Assembly: GCA_001643675.2 (NCBI GenBank)
Contig: LSRY02000023.1
Coordinates: forward strand, 248,001-312,000
Direction of reading: 5' to 3'
Source: Monocercomonoides exilis PA203
Lineage: Eukaryota; Protista; Preaxostyla
DNA: 64,000 nucleotides
Below are positions 48,662 through 62,516 of the stretch, in pieces. Below the pieces are notes generated by a model. It was not told where the DNA came from, searched no databases, and was given only the letters and a program-made list of their open reading frames with translations. The first letter of the stretch is position 1. Each line of letters begins with the position of its first letter. A program made the translations under genes and the position numbers.

Positions 48662-49021
48662 TTTTATACCTGCAAAGTGTCTTATCAATCATAAGCTGTT
48701 CGGTGCAAAAATAGTTTTTTGAGCGAAGATTTTTCCCTTCATTCAATCTTAGAGCTGCAAATGTTTAGAAAAGAAACATTTTAAATATTTTTTTTCCTTT
48801 TTTTGGTTTCTTTGAAAAAAAACACAATTAATTATTTTTTTAAAAAGAGGAAACAACACGATATTTGAGAACAGTTTAAACGAGGGAAGGCAAGTGTCTG
48901 TGTGTGCAATAAAACAATTTCAGTGAGGAAATTGCAAATTTTCCATTAAAGAAAAATGCTTGTAAAGAAGTGAAGCTGCCAACCCACCCAATCAGAGCAT
49001 CTGAAATACGATGTGAACAAA

Positions 49022-50448
49022 CTAAGATGAATCCCGCTTTTCATCTGCAAACTCATTATAATGTTGTGTGTGATGGTAATATCCTCGAGGTCTTCCATAT
49101 CCTCCTCTGCCATACCCTCCGCCTCTTCTGTACCCTCTCCCTCTACCTGGCCCGCCTCTCCAGCCAATCTCTCCAAAAGTCTCCACGTTGTGCTGTCTGC
49201 TCCACCCACGGCCTCTTCCTCCTGCACCCGACCCAAACGAACCAGGGCCGTCACGCTCTCCAGACGGTGTGAGGTGATCAAAGAACGATTCGGCCTTGGA
49301 ATACGCGGGCTTAATATCCTCCTCATCGTCATCGCTGTCCTCGTTGTCCTCTTTGCCTTCCTTCCCGTCTTCGGCTTTGACGTCTTTCTTCTTCTTCCCT
49401 TTTTCCTCTGATTTTAACGCCTCGTATTCCTTTTCCTTATCAAAACGCTTCATAGACTCTTCCAAATCAAAAGGTTTGTCGTCTTCTGGACGACGATTAA
49501 ACGGCCTTGGATTAGACGATTCCCATCTCGACCCTGATGCATGAGAATAATCTCCATCTCTTTGGCCCCAAGATCCTCTTCCTCTTCCTCTCCACCCTCC
49601 TCCTCTTCGCTCTCTTGCCCACTCATTCCTTTCTCCATCTCTGGACTGATCCCATCCTCCTTCTCGTCCTCCTCTTCTATTCCAACCTCCTCGTCTGCTG
49701 TCATCTCTGTAATCATCATCACGCCCTTCTTTTGATCTTTCGTAGTCCCATTCAGATCTTCCTCTTCCTCTTCCCCTTGAATAACCATCTCCACGATCAC
49801 GATAATCACCTTTTCCTCCACCTAAATTAAAAAATACAATTTCCCAAAAGAATGCACTCATAAATTTTCTTGACTTTCAAAAAAATTACATACCGGATAT
49901 TGAAACCTGGCTCATTGCATTATCAAAGGTTTCTCTCTGAAACAAATATATTTAATAAACAAAATGAACATAAAAAAACAAAGTCGTACGCCATCTTCTT
50001 TTGGCTTATCCTTTGGTTCCTGAAAACATAGTTCATAAAAATAGTAATAAAAAATGAATAGAACAAATTACAGTGTAGAAAACAAACAGATTCTTGACTG
50101 ACATCAATATGTGCGATATCTGATGCATGAAAAGACATTACCGGAACAATTTTATCACTTTTTTCATCCGGAGCATCAGTTTTTCTTCCTTCAGTGCCAA
50201 AATTAACAACTTTGAATAAGAAATGGTCAATAAACAACAATAAGTTTCAGTAAAACAGATAATAATACAACAAATAAATGGATTACAAAATGAAGCGTTT
50301 TTATAAATTTGGATCGAAAACCTTTGCTGAGAATAATATAAGATGATTCAACATCAACAGAAGTCAAAGTTCCTTCATATCTCACTTGATTATGAGTTAA
50401 AATAGAAAATCTTGATCCAATCAATCCTTCAAGCCAAGCGCTTGCCAT
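49022..50448 (-). CDS. LSM14: Lsm14/Scd6/RAP55 mRNA repression factor, multi-exon
   Basis: LSm domain (IGSRFSIL…VRYEGTL…NFGTEGR); FDF-like PFDLEESMKRFDKE; FFD box (YSKAESFFDHL); TFG box (NVETFG); RGG tracts. Confidence 0.92.
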
Positions 50449-50697
50449 TTTTTAAAAAGGAAAATATCTTTAATAAAAAATTATTGATCACTCCCAATAT
50501 TCCACTTTTCCATCCATTATTAGTTTTTTTATTTTCGAAGCCAAAAAATATTGAAGTTTGCATTTTATTTTTCATTGCATAAGCAAAACTTAATAGAAAA
50601 CATAATTCAAATTTTCAAAAATTTGGTGAGATGAGTATTTTTTTATGATTCATAAAAATGTTGAAAAGTGAAGTGAATGGCAACATCAAATATATAT

Positions 50698-53157
50698 TTA
50701 TTCTTGTTTCATCCGTTTCATGTTAACTTTTTTATTTTTTTGTCCCTTGCTCTGCTGTCCATCTGCTTTGTTCGATTTTTTCTTTTGCATCTGCTTCATC
50801 ACGAACTTCAGCATCTTATTTTGGCTCATTTTTCTCGGCTTTGCTTCTTTCTCTTCAATCATCTTTGCATGTTTCGCTTTCTTTCTGCCCAAATCCTTTG
50901 GATCTGCCCTCTTCCTGTTCCGCGCATCCAGATAAAGCGAGGCTTTGCTAGCGATTTTGGAGGCAGAATCAACAGATTCCTTAATGCTGGTGGGGTCCTT
51001 TGCCACAAACACCTCTTCGCCAATGACAGAGACGATTTGGTTGTACCCGTCATACAGCAGCTTCCGTGCAAAGTCTGAGGTTGTGCTGGTGGGGATGATA
51101 AGAGGAGGAAGAGAAAAAGGAGAAGTGAGAAGTGAGAAGAAAGAAGAAGAAGAAGAAGAAAAAGAAGAAGAAGAAAAAGAAGAAGAAGAAAAAGAAGAAG
51201 AAGAAGAATGATGAAGTTAGAGATATAATGTTATAATCAAAATAAAATAAATGAAATAAATCCCAATCAAACCTTCTTGTTGCGTAGGACTTGAGCATCT
51301 TAGCGAAGTTCCTGTAGTTGATGAAGAAGAAGCACTGGCTGGAGATTGTGTCGAGGTCTCTTTTAGAGAGAATAAACTCAGCTATTTCTGCATCCAGTTC
51401 AGGTGGGATGGGAAGAGGAAAAGGCACGTCGAATGGGAAAGGCGACGGAAGAGAAGGATCGGTTGAGTCGAAGATGCAGTTTGGAGAAGGAGGATGAGAA
51501 GAAGAGGAAGAGGAAGAAGAAGAAGAAGAATGAGAAGAAGATTTCTTTGAGGATTGGGATTTGGATTTCTTGCTTTTGGATTTGCTGTCTTCTTCTTCTT
51601 CTTCTTCGTCTTCTTCGTCTTCGTCGTCGTCATCTTCTTCCTCCTCTTCTTCCTCCTCTTCCTCATCTTCATCATCTTCTTCTTCCTCTTCTTTCTCCTC
51701 CTTCTTTTCTTCCTTCTTCTCCTTCTCCTTCTTCTTCTCTTTCTCTTTCTTCTCTTCCTTCTTTCTCTTCTCTTCTTCTTCACTGAAGTCATCATAATTC
51801 TTTATTCTGTCTATTCCATCTCTGCTGCACGCAACAGAACGCGCAACAAACAGACAGACACGCCAATCTTTCCATTTGGACAACAAAATCTGAAAAAAAA
51901 AGTTTCGAAAAAGAAAAATAAACAAACAAACAAATTATTAACGAATAAATGGAAAGAAACAAAGAGGGAAAAAGAAAAGATAAAGACAAATTGGTTTTGA
52001 AACATTCAGTGCAAATGAAGAAAAAAAATGTAATGTGATGCCAATTTTGCGAAGATAATGAACATTTACGATGAATAAAGAAGAAGCATAATAATTGCAG
52101 AAGTGATGCACAGAATAAGCAAAATACAATTTAATACATAAATATATGTATATATAAATATTAAAGAAATCTTCAATCAACAGAAATATATGAATGCGTT
52201 TCACACCTTAACAGCGACAGACACAGGCCATATAAGAGGACGGATAATTCTCTCGTAGATGTTATTCGCATCTTCTTTCCTTCCAGCTTCGGCCAGCTGT
52301 TCGAGAAACGGTTTTATTATCATCTTTAATGCTGGATATGGAATCTTTAATCAAATGACATTTCAAAAAAAAAAAAAAATACAGCGCAATTATAAAAAAA
52401 TTGGATAAAAGAAGTGAAAAACCAACAAACATCAGGGTTCTTTTTCCAGAGAGTTTGCATGAATTCTGTTGTAACAATATGATATGGCTCAAAAATTCCC
52501 TCTTCCTTCATATTGATCAAGTTATCATTTAGTATTTGCCTTGCAAACTTGCCAACATATCTCAGATCCCAATGGATCGATGAAAGATAATCCAACCCAC
52601 TAAAGAAAAATCTGCGAATAAGCTTCAAAAACTTATCTATCCTATGTCTGTCGATGTTTTCCCATTCTCTATTCAAAACGAAGTAGAATGACTTCATGTA
52701 CATGATGCAAATTTGAGGTTGGGGCGATACAGAAATCAAATCTGACAAATTTCTTGCTAACATTTCTTGATTTTCGGGCATGTCGCACACCCAATAATCT
52801 GAGAAAATATGAAAAAAACATTTCAAAAGAACAAAAAATAAAAACAAAAAAAGAGTTGATAATAAAAAAGATCAAGCCGTTATAAAGTCCCATCCATAGC
52901 TTTTGCATGTCAAGCTCTGGTATTGTTTCTTGGTTTGAAAGCCAATGCGTAAATTTTAGAAGGGCTTTATCTCGCTCAGTTTTTGCTGAAAGGGATTTTC
53001 CATTTTTTTTGAAATTGTTCAGAAAAGCCCAGAATAATAAGAAAACAATTTAATTAAAAAAGATAATCAACACTAAAAACTATTGCTTCAAACAGGTAGA
53101 TGCGAATTTTCTTGGAAAGTCTCCAATAATACTTTTTTCCTCGTTCTTTTTTGACAT
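50698..53157 (-). CDS. RRP1: Ribosomal RNA processing protein RRP1/Nop52, multi-exon
   Basis: ERDKAL…WL, DMQKLWMGLY…WVCD.PENQ, REWENIDRHRIDKFLKLIRRF; acidic insert; Lys-rich tail. Confidence 0.9.
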
Positions 53158-53447
53158 AAATCTATATTGTGGGATTATTTATTCTAATTAACTTGCAATT
53201 ATCGCCTTTTGTGCAATAAAATTAGTGAATCTTTATCACACTTGAGATATCATCTGATTCGAAATAATATATTCAATATTGGTTTGATCATTAGGAAAAA
53301 GATAATTCTTTCATCAAAGTCTGAAACAGTGTTATCATTTATTTTAAAATAACCTTTTCTTTTTAATGTTGAAATCTATTTATTTGAACTCTTTTATGTA
53401 TAAATTGTTGCGTTATAAAATCAACATTCTTAAAACCATATCTTAAC

Positions 53448-54942
53448 ATGTCAGAGAAGGTATTTTTTTAATTTTATTTTTGAATTCAATTGCTTAATAT
53501 TAACTAGCAAGAGGAACAAAACCAGGAACATTTGAAAGCTGAAAAACTTATGGAAGAAATTAAAATCGATGATTTACTTAAAGATGATGACGGAAGCAAC
53601 ATTGCAGATGATGATCCTGAACTGCTTGCAATGCTCGATGGTCTTGATGGAGAAGAAGAAGAAAAATGGAATCAGGAAATTGCCATTCAGGCATATAAAG
53701 ATTATTATGCAAAATTGAAATCTGAAGGTAAACCGAATGTTTCCTTATTGAGAGAAGCCAAAAGGATCAAAGAATCACCATGGGACCCATCTAATCCTCC
53801 ATGCAAACCAGAAGAATTTTTGGGTGTATCTTCTCAACCAAAAGTTCAATCCACACCTCCAAATCAATCTCCAAAGCCATCTTCTCCTCCAAATATATCA
53901 TCAACCAAACCTCCACCAAAATCAGATGACGATGTGCTTGCAGAACTAATGAGTGATCCTGAACTCAAGAAGGCAGCGATGGATTCTTCCCCTTCCTCTT
54001 CTAACCCGCCACCACCTCCTCCTCGTAATCGTCCTTCTCCATCTTCACCTCCACCTCCTCCTTTAAAAAGATCTTCAAAACCCACTTCATCATCCAATCT
54101 TGCAGCACCCGAAGAAGCTGCTTCATCTTTCACTACTCCATCAAGTCCTGCGAATCATCCACCAGAAGCCCCAAAGTCTGTTTCGAAATCGTACGACAAA
54201 AGCAAAGCTCAGCTGCTTCTGAACATTATTGAAAAAGAAGTAGCAACATACCAGCAGCTCCAGATGCAGATGACTGACTGCTCGTTTGGAGATGTCAGCA
54301 AGCTGTGCCAGCGGATCATTGATCTTGAGAGGGAAGCGATTGCGCGGGTGAATCTGAATGTGTCGCTGGACAACAAGACACGCGCGCGCATCACTAACCG
54401 CCGCTTTGTGCATCCGCTGGTGTTCACACAGATACCTGACAACTCGTTTGAGCTGCGGATAGACCGCGTCAAGAACTTCTCTCTGAAGAAGGACGTGGTC
54501 TTCCGCGTAATCCCTGGCGGCGCTGAGGGCGATGCGAAGGAAGCGCCGAAAAAGAGCTCGCACCATTCCTCTTCTGACCCGGTGTCGCCAACGTTCAAGC
54601 TGACGCCTGTGAAAGAGGAAGGGAAGGAGATCGGGTGGACAGCAATGTTTCCGCTGGGAGAGCGGCCGAAGAACCGCTTGGAGCTCTCAGACGCCTCGCT
54701 CGACATTCAGATGTGCTCAAAGGGATTCTTCGGAAGCCTGTCGGTGCTGTGTGCGGAACATGTTATTGAATTTGACTTAAAATTCTTTTTTTCGACTTTA
54801 TTTTATAATTTTTTTTCTTTTATAACATTTTTCATTATTCTTTTTATTTTATCACATTTTACATAATTATTTTTATTTTTCTATTCGTCACCTAATTTTC
54901 TCTTCACTATTATTTTCTCCTCCTCTAATATCTGTCTATCTG

Positions 54943-54977
<35 letters not shown>

Positions 54978-55939
54978 CCCATTTCCCTCAGTGGCGTGTG
55001 CCATCTGACGCTTTCCAGCCTCTCCTCCCACAGCGAGTTCACCACCGTGACACGTGTGATGGACGGGCCCACAACAGTCTGCGGGCTTCAGGTGTCTCTT
55101 CGGGTGCGTGTGCCATACTTTGCCCTCACAAAGCATGTGCTGACGTCGAGTGCTGTGATTGTAGAAGAGGTGAATGCAGACACTGAGCAGATATGTGCGG
55201 ATTCGGAGGCGCTGTATCAGCAGTTGGACTTGCTGTATGCGAAGACGAAGGGGAAGAAGAGGCAGCTGGATGGAGGGTTTGCAGGCAGCAGCAGCAGCAG
55301 CACTGGCAGTAGCAGTGGTGGAGGCAGGAGAGGAAGAGGAGCAGGCACCGCTTACACATCAGCCCCTGACTCTGCCTCGGCTTCTGCCTCAGCTGCCTCT
55401 GAAGCACATCCGCTGCATATGGACAAGGTGAGTGTGGACACGCTGGAAGCTCTTTTCCCACCGGAAGACATCAAATCAGATGAGACATTCAAAATAGAGA
55501 TACAATACGCACAGTTTTGGATGAAGCACTCACCAGCTGGCGAGAAAGGCGATTGGAAAGACAGAATAGAAGGACTGACACTTGGACAGCAGGCTTGAAA
55601 ATTTATTTTATTTTATTTATGATTATTTTATTTTATTTATGATTATTTTATTTTATTATTTTATTATTTATTTAATTTTTTATTGTTGATTTTTTATTTC
55701 CTCTTCACCAACATTTTTTTTCTATTCTTTTTTTCCCTCAGAATCTGGAAACAACACTCCAATTCGGCTTAGTGAGTCCTGAGCAGTACACACAGTCTCT
55801 GAGAGCGCAGATAGCAGCCGACAACGCCATTGCCAAGCAGCCCGATCAAAAGAACGAAGTTAGAAGCCACTGCAAGCTCCGTCTTTTGCAGGCCATGAAA
55901 GAAGTCAAACAAATGGAGAAGATGGCAAGCCAGGAATAG
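53448..55939 (+). CDS. CC2D1: CC2D1/Lgd-like protein (DM14-like, helical, C2 and C-terminal helical domains), 4 exons
   Basis: C2-like FELRIDRVKNF…KGFFGSLSVLGVCHLTLSSL…MDGPTTVCGLQVSLRVRVP after intron 54749-54991; C-terminal GLVSPEQYTQSL…RLLQAMKEV after GC-AG intron 55593-55741; family match from recalled motifs. Confidence 0.68.
54934..54977. repeat. (TATC)n microsatellite in an intron
   Basis: Direct observation. Confidence 0.85.
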
Positions 55940-56266
55940 ACTCTCACCTCCCCCTCCTTCCCCCTAAACTTCTAGTGCTTTCATCAACTTTGTTTTGTTT
56001 TTAACTTACTTCATATTAAGCTGACATTGAAATTTTGAGAAATACAATTTTATATTTTCATGTTCAACTTTTACATATTAAACGTTTAATTTTGATTTCT
56101 TTTTTAATTGCGGTTGGCTTTATTCTTTGCGAATTAATTTTATTTCTTCAACTTTTTACACCAACTTTTTTCTTCATCCGTTCATGGAATGAACAAGAAT
56201 TTCAACTTTTTTGAACAGAAACTATAAAGGCTTGATCAAAAATCATCTGATAAAAAACAGCTCCAA

Positions 56267-58391
56267 ATGGCTGCCTCGACTCAGATGCCTATTGGAGTAC
56301 CTACAGAATATCTACTTGATGTTCCTTCGAGCATTAACGTGGATGTAATTATTGAAAAACTTTTATCCGTCATGGGAAAACATCCAATGCCTCATGTTGA
56401 TCTTCCTGAATCTGACATCAAGGGTAATTATTTTTTAAAAAACAATATTATCGTAGTTTTATTATATGTATTTTTTTTTCTTTCGTATTTTGTCTCTAAG
56501 GTCTTATTTGCTTGGCAAAAAAGATAATACTTTCTCAAGACATCCTTCTTGAACTCGTTGCACCTCTAAAAATTTGTGGTGATATCCATGGGCAATATGA
56601 AGATCTGCTTCGACTTTTTGAATACGGAGGCTTTCCTCCTGTTTCTAATTATCTTTTTCTTGGGGGTATAGTAAATCATTTATTAAAACGATTATACTAA
56701 ATCTTTGAAATGTTATACAGATTATGTTGACCGTGGATCTCATTCAATAGAGGTTATCTGCTTGTTATTTGCGTTCAAAGTGAAATATCCAGAGAGCATT
56801 TTCCTTTTACGTGGGAATCATGAATGTGCAGTCATAAATAGGTTATATGGCTTTTACAATGAATGTACAACAAGATACTGCACTGCCCTTTGGATGTTAT
56901 TTGCTGATTGTTTTAATTGCCTTCCTTTATGCGCTGTATGAAAAATTTTTTTTACATAAGATTTCTTGGTTTTTTTGATTTATAATTCATAAATTTGTGA
57001 AGATAATAAATGACAAAATATTCTGCACTCATGGTGGGCTTTCGCCTCATCTCACTTCACTATCACAGGTACATTTCGTTTTTTTGAAAATTTTCGAAAT
57101 TATTTTTTTTCAATGAAATTTCTATTTTTTTATACACCAATAATCTTAGATCACGAGAATAGCTCGTCCGACGGATATTCCTGATTCCGGGCTTCTATGC
57201 GATCTTGTCTGGGCGGATCCAAATCCCGAGATGACATACGAATCGCTGCAGAAGCGGACGAAGAGCAGCAAAGACAAGCTTTCCTTTTTCGACAGTGGCA
57301 GCTTGGATGGAATGGACTTCGACAGCGACGATACAGTTTATCCATCGCCTTTCGAGTCATCCGACTCGAAACAATCAAAGAAGGACGGGAAATCCACTGG
57401 ACGCACGAAAACTCAACAGAAGAAAGAGAAAGAGAAAGAAAGAGAGAAACCTGAGCTTGTTCCGTGGGTGCCGTCTGATCGAGGTGTGTCAAAGCTGTTC
57501 AGCGAGGAAGTGCTGGAGAACTTCCTCACGCGCTTCGACTTCGACCTGTTTGTGCGGGCGCACCAAGTCGTCGTGGACGGCTATGAGTTCTTTGGGAAGC
57601 GGCGGCTGGTGACGATCTTCTCAGCCCCCAATTACTGTGGCGAGATCAGAAACAGCGGCGCCATGATGAATGTGGACGAGAGCCTCGTGTGCTCCTTCCA
57701 GATCCTGAAGCCTTATGACGACCTGGAGAAGTGGAGGGAGGAGCAGGAGAGAGAAAGAGAAAGAGAGAGGGAGAGAGAAAGAGAAAGAGAAAGAGAAAGA
57801 GAGAAAGCTAAGAAGTCACAGGCAGATGCAGGGCAGGCTGCTCCGCGCTTGTCTGTCCCTTCATTTTCTGCGCCTTCACTTGCTGCTCTTCCAGCCGCAA
57901 AGGGCACAGCACCTTATCCCTCTCCCCCCTTCGCCTTCTCTTCTGCCTCTCCTCCGCTCTCCCGGCGCGTGACGTCTGTGCTTCCGTCGTCCATCTCGTC
58001 GCTTCCGCCATCTTTTCCTTCGCTCGCCACCATCCTTCGCAACCCTTCTCTGGCTGAGCAGCTGCCTCTTCCAGACACACAGGTCATGTCACACAGACGC
58101 AGCGTACTCGATCAGATTGGATTGTCCCCGCGTTCTGCTTCTTCTTCTTCTTCTGCTACCGCCCTTTCTTCTTCTTCTTCTTCCCCCTCCTCATCATTAT
58201 CCTCTTCCTCTTCTCATTCTCAAAAGTCCAACACCCAGACATCTTCACAGAAGCAGCAACAACAACTTCAACAGAGCATCACATCACAGACAAGCCAGCG
58301 AGGAGGCACGTTGGGCGGACTCCATCTGCACTCAACAGCCAAATCTACTCTTCCACTTCAGTCAAAAAACCCCTTTTTGCACCTGCTGTGA
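56267..58391 (+). CDS. PP1: PP1-like Ser/Thr phosphoprotein phosphatase with an internal insert and long tail, 5 exons
   Basis: GDIHG, GDYVDRG (across an intron), [40 protein letters not shown]. Confidence 0.92.
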
Positions 58392-58974
58392 AGGAAAGAC
58401 AGCAAAGCGTCATGCGAGTTAGTTCTGTTCCATTCTATTTTTATTCTCCTTTCCTCTCTCCTCTCCTCTCTTCTCTTCTCTTCAAATTTGCCTCAAAAAA
58501 AATTTTTTTTGTGTTTTTCTGATAAATTTTTTTTTAAAAGGATTGTTTTTCATTTCATTACATTTCACATAAAGGAATTTGGAAGTGATACTCTCGTCCA
58601 AAATTAAAATAAAAAGGAAAAGAAATCAAAAAGGAAAGCAAAGAAAAACAAAAGATTTTAAAAAATTGTTTAAAAAAAAACAGTTCCAATGCCACAATGC
58701 ACTTTCTCAAGAATTATGAAATAAAAAATAAAAGAGAAGGAAGAAAGCAGGAAGGATTGCTGATTGACACACAAACAGAAAAAAACTGCAAAAGTATAAA
58801 AACGCTTAGAAAATTTAAAAAAAAATCAGAACATGCAATGCAGAATAAAGAGAGCTCCATTGTTGTACGAATGACAAAGGGTATTTGTATTATGTCTTTG
58901 GATTCATTGTCATTTTATTCATCATCATCTTTTTTGTCATTTTTTAGTTATCTTTATCATCTTCGTCTTCATCT

Positions 58975-61456
58975 TCATCTCCTGCACTTCAAGCACACCC
59001 GAGGCATCTGCACTACTTTTGCATTCTTCTTTGATTTATCCAATGAAGATTGATAATCTTCCACATCGTCCATTCCATACAGGCTCCTCTCTTCCATCTT
59101 CTGCACAAAACACGACTCGTGACAGCCATGGCCACACAAGAAGATGATGAGCTTGTCCTGAGGGGAAGAAGGCGAAGAGGATGGCGAAGGAAAGAGAGAA
59201 GAAGAAGAAGAAGAAGAAGAAGAAGAAGAGGAAGGAGAAGAAGAAGATGATGTGAAAGAAGGAGAATCAGAAGAAGAAGAAGAAGCAGAATTGATAGGAG
59301 TTTGAACAGAAGAAGAAGAAGCAGAGGTAGAAGAAGAATCAGAAGCAGAAGAAGATCCAAAAGCACCAATCTGTTCCAGCCATCCATTCACACACCCAAC
59401 CTCCACCGACGCGTCCTCTCTTGTTATCCTTTCCCCACACACTCCACACACATTCCCTTCTCTCACCCTCACCGCCCTCCTCTTCCCCCTCACCAGTGCC
59501 TTCATCGCACTGATGTTGTCCAGCTGTGTCGCTGCTGCCGACGCCTGCAGGACCGACCTGTGCAGCCGCGTCTCATTCAGAATGCGGAGGATGGCTGGCT
59601 TCAGCCCCACAATCACCCTCCGCGGAGGGATCTTCTTCACAAACAGCTGCGGGTCAATGGCTGTCCCAAGCTCTGTGATGATGTCTGTGGCGAGCGTATG
59701 CTTGCACCCCATACGCGCCAGGCGAGGCAGAAGCGACGTGTCCAGCCCCAGCACGATGAGGTGGTTTGCCCCCACACTCTCTCCTCTCCCGTCGTCGCAC
59801 AACTGCGCTGCCTGGCGGATGTCCCTCAGCCACAGCACAAGAGTGTCTATTGCGCGTGTTAGCATCTTCAGCCGCAGCTGCAGATGGGCAAAACCCACGT
59901 AGAATCTTCTCTCTTCGCATAGCTTCAATGCTCTACTCACATTGAACGAGGAAGACATCTGCAGAAAGGGGAGCAACGCAGACGGGAGGTAGTCAGCATA
60001 CAAGGCGATCATCTGGTCGCTCAGGCTTTTGCAGCGCTGGGAGTCAGAGAGGAGGACACGATGGAGGAAGCGGATGGCGCGGTGCGGGTGAGAGGGCATC
60101 AGGGCATTGAACACGTCTGACACCTCAAAGGCGACGGTGGTGGTGAAGATGGGGAGGGAGGAGGAGGAGGAGGAAGAGGAAGAAGAAGAAGAAGATGATG
60201 ATGATGAAGGATCAAGTGATAATGTATTTGGAGATGAATTGCCTTCAGATGATGCAGACGCAGATTGAGAAGAAGCAGAAGCAGAAGAAGAAGAATTAGC
60301 AACACTCGACTTCCTCTGCAGATGAAATGTGGTCACTGACGAGTCCACAAGCAGCTCCAGCGTGCGTCTTTCAGACAGCTCCCAAAGCTGATTCAGATTC
60401 TTCTTCTGCAGAATGACAGGCACCAGCTGATCTAAATGCCCCTTGGCAAAGCGGAATATTCCCTTGTCGCCTCTCTCCAGGCGGATGAGGAAGACTTCTT
60501 TGAACTGGGCGAGGGAGGAGTGGAGGTAAAGGCGGGTGTTGGTGGTGGAAGAGAGGAAAGAGAGGACGGTGTGGAAGAGGCAGGCAAGCAGCTGCACGAA
60601 GACTGAAGGAGAAGAAAGAAAGTGCTCAATGGCATCGACAAGAGAGGAGAAGGTGCTGAGCGATTGAAGAGAGGAAGAGGAGGAAGAAGAAGAGGGAGTA
60701 GAGGGAGAAGAGGAAGGGGAGGATGATGATGTGGAAATTGAAGAGTCTTTAGTTAATTCAGTATTATTTGTATCTTTCTTTTCTTCCTCTTCTTTTTCCT
60801 CCTTCAAAACAGAAGGAACTTCTTCTGCTTCTCCATCAACAGTCGAAGCATCCTTCTTTTCCTTCTCCTTCTTCTCTTTCTCCTTCTCCTTCTCCTTCTC
60901 TTCCTCTCTCTCCTTCCCTCTCCTCTCCAACTCCTTCCTCACCTTCTCCTCCTCCTCCTTCCTCTCCTCCTCTCCCTCCGGCAGCCCCACACACAGCGCC
61001 ACCAGATGCCTAAACGCTGCGATGGCCTCGTTGCATTGCAGTAGCTGTAACCTCACTGCTTCTGCCTCTGCACACAAAAGAGACAGGATTTGCTGTCTTG
61101 CCTGATACTCCCTCCGCATCAGCTCAGCCATTGCACAGTCATAATACGAGGCATACATTGCTGCTTGCATGCTGTCTTCTATTTCAACATCATCGTCTTC
61201 ATCATCGTCATCATTATCTTCTTCTTCCTCCTCCTCTTCTCCTCTTCCTTCATTAAAATCAATATTAGCATTTACATTCACATTGTGTCCTTCTTCTCTT
61301 TCTTTATTTTCCTTTTCTTCTCCATTGTTGCTGTGAAATGTGCTTCCATTGTTAAAACTGCCTGTTCTTCCTTCACTTGAAGAAGCTATTAAATTCCCAC
61401 TGGCATTTTCAACAGAGGTACTTGAATAAGAGTATTCAAATGAACCTGAAGGAGAA

Positions 61457-61491
<35 letters not shown>

Positions 61492-62485
61492 GGAGGAGGA
61501 ATAAGATGAAGTGAAAGGAGAAGAATTAGTTCTGAACATATTTGAAGCAGAAGCAGCAGCAGAAGAAGAAGAAGAAGAAAAGTTAGATGAATTCTGAATG
61601 AAAGCAGCGACAAGAGAAGAAGAAGGGAAAGAAGATAAAAGAGGATGGTGTTTGTCTTTGATGGCATACGATGAATATGACTTGAGGAAAGACAAAGGAA
61701 GACGGAAAGAGTCTTGTTGGAAGGAAGAAGAAGAAGAGGAGGAGGAGGAGGAGGAAGAGGAAGAGGAAGATGAAGATGAAGAGAAAGAAGAAGAAGAAGA
61801 GGAGGAGGAGGAGGAAGATGATGAAGTGTATGGAATGCCATTAAAAGCACCTTTTGCGATTTCGTCTCGAATGAACTGGAATTCTTCCTCGCTCAAATCG
61901 CCGCAGAACAAAAGAGGAGAACGTTTGGGAACGGAAGAAGAAGAAGAAAGAGAAGAAGAGGGAGAAGAAGAAGAATGTAGTTGTTGTGTGGTTGCTGATG
62001 TGGATGATGTTGTTGATGAGCGTGAGATTGAAGAAAGAGAAGAGGAGGAAGAAGAAGAGGAAGAAGAAGATGATGATGATTCTTCCAAAGGCGAAAAAGA
62101 AGGCATAATTGATGTTGTCTGAGCAGATGCTTCATCATCAGCAGTTTTCTGTTTATCTTCTCCATTTCCTCTTTCTGCCCCTTCTTCTTCTTCTTCTTCT
62201 TCTTCCTTCTCTTTCTTCTCCCCCTTCTCTTCTCCCCCCTCTCCTCCTTCTCCTTCTCCTTCTCCTTCTCCATCGTCCAGCTGCTGTATCTCCTCCAATC
62301 TAACAGCCAACATCCTTCTGATCTGCTTCAATTCTTCTTCGATTTCTGCTTTCTTTTCAATCAGTCGCTCACCCACACAGGTTAAGCAGCGCCCAAGGAT
62401 CATGTGCTGACTGTCAGAACTGAAGGAAGGAGAACGGAGAGAGAGAAGAAGAGAGAGGAAGGAAGAAGAGGAGGAGGAAGAAGAA

Positions 62486-62516
<31 letters not shown>

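Noticed and set aside
51382-52005. Overlapping poly-F/L/K/R ORFs (also antisense ORFs over PUF, Vps41 and S41)
   Set aside because: Alternative-frame read-through of GAA/TCT low-complexity or GC-rich coding sequence
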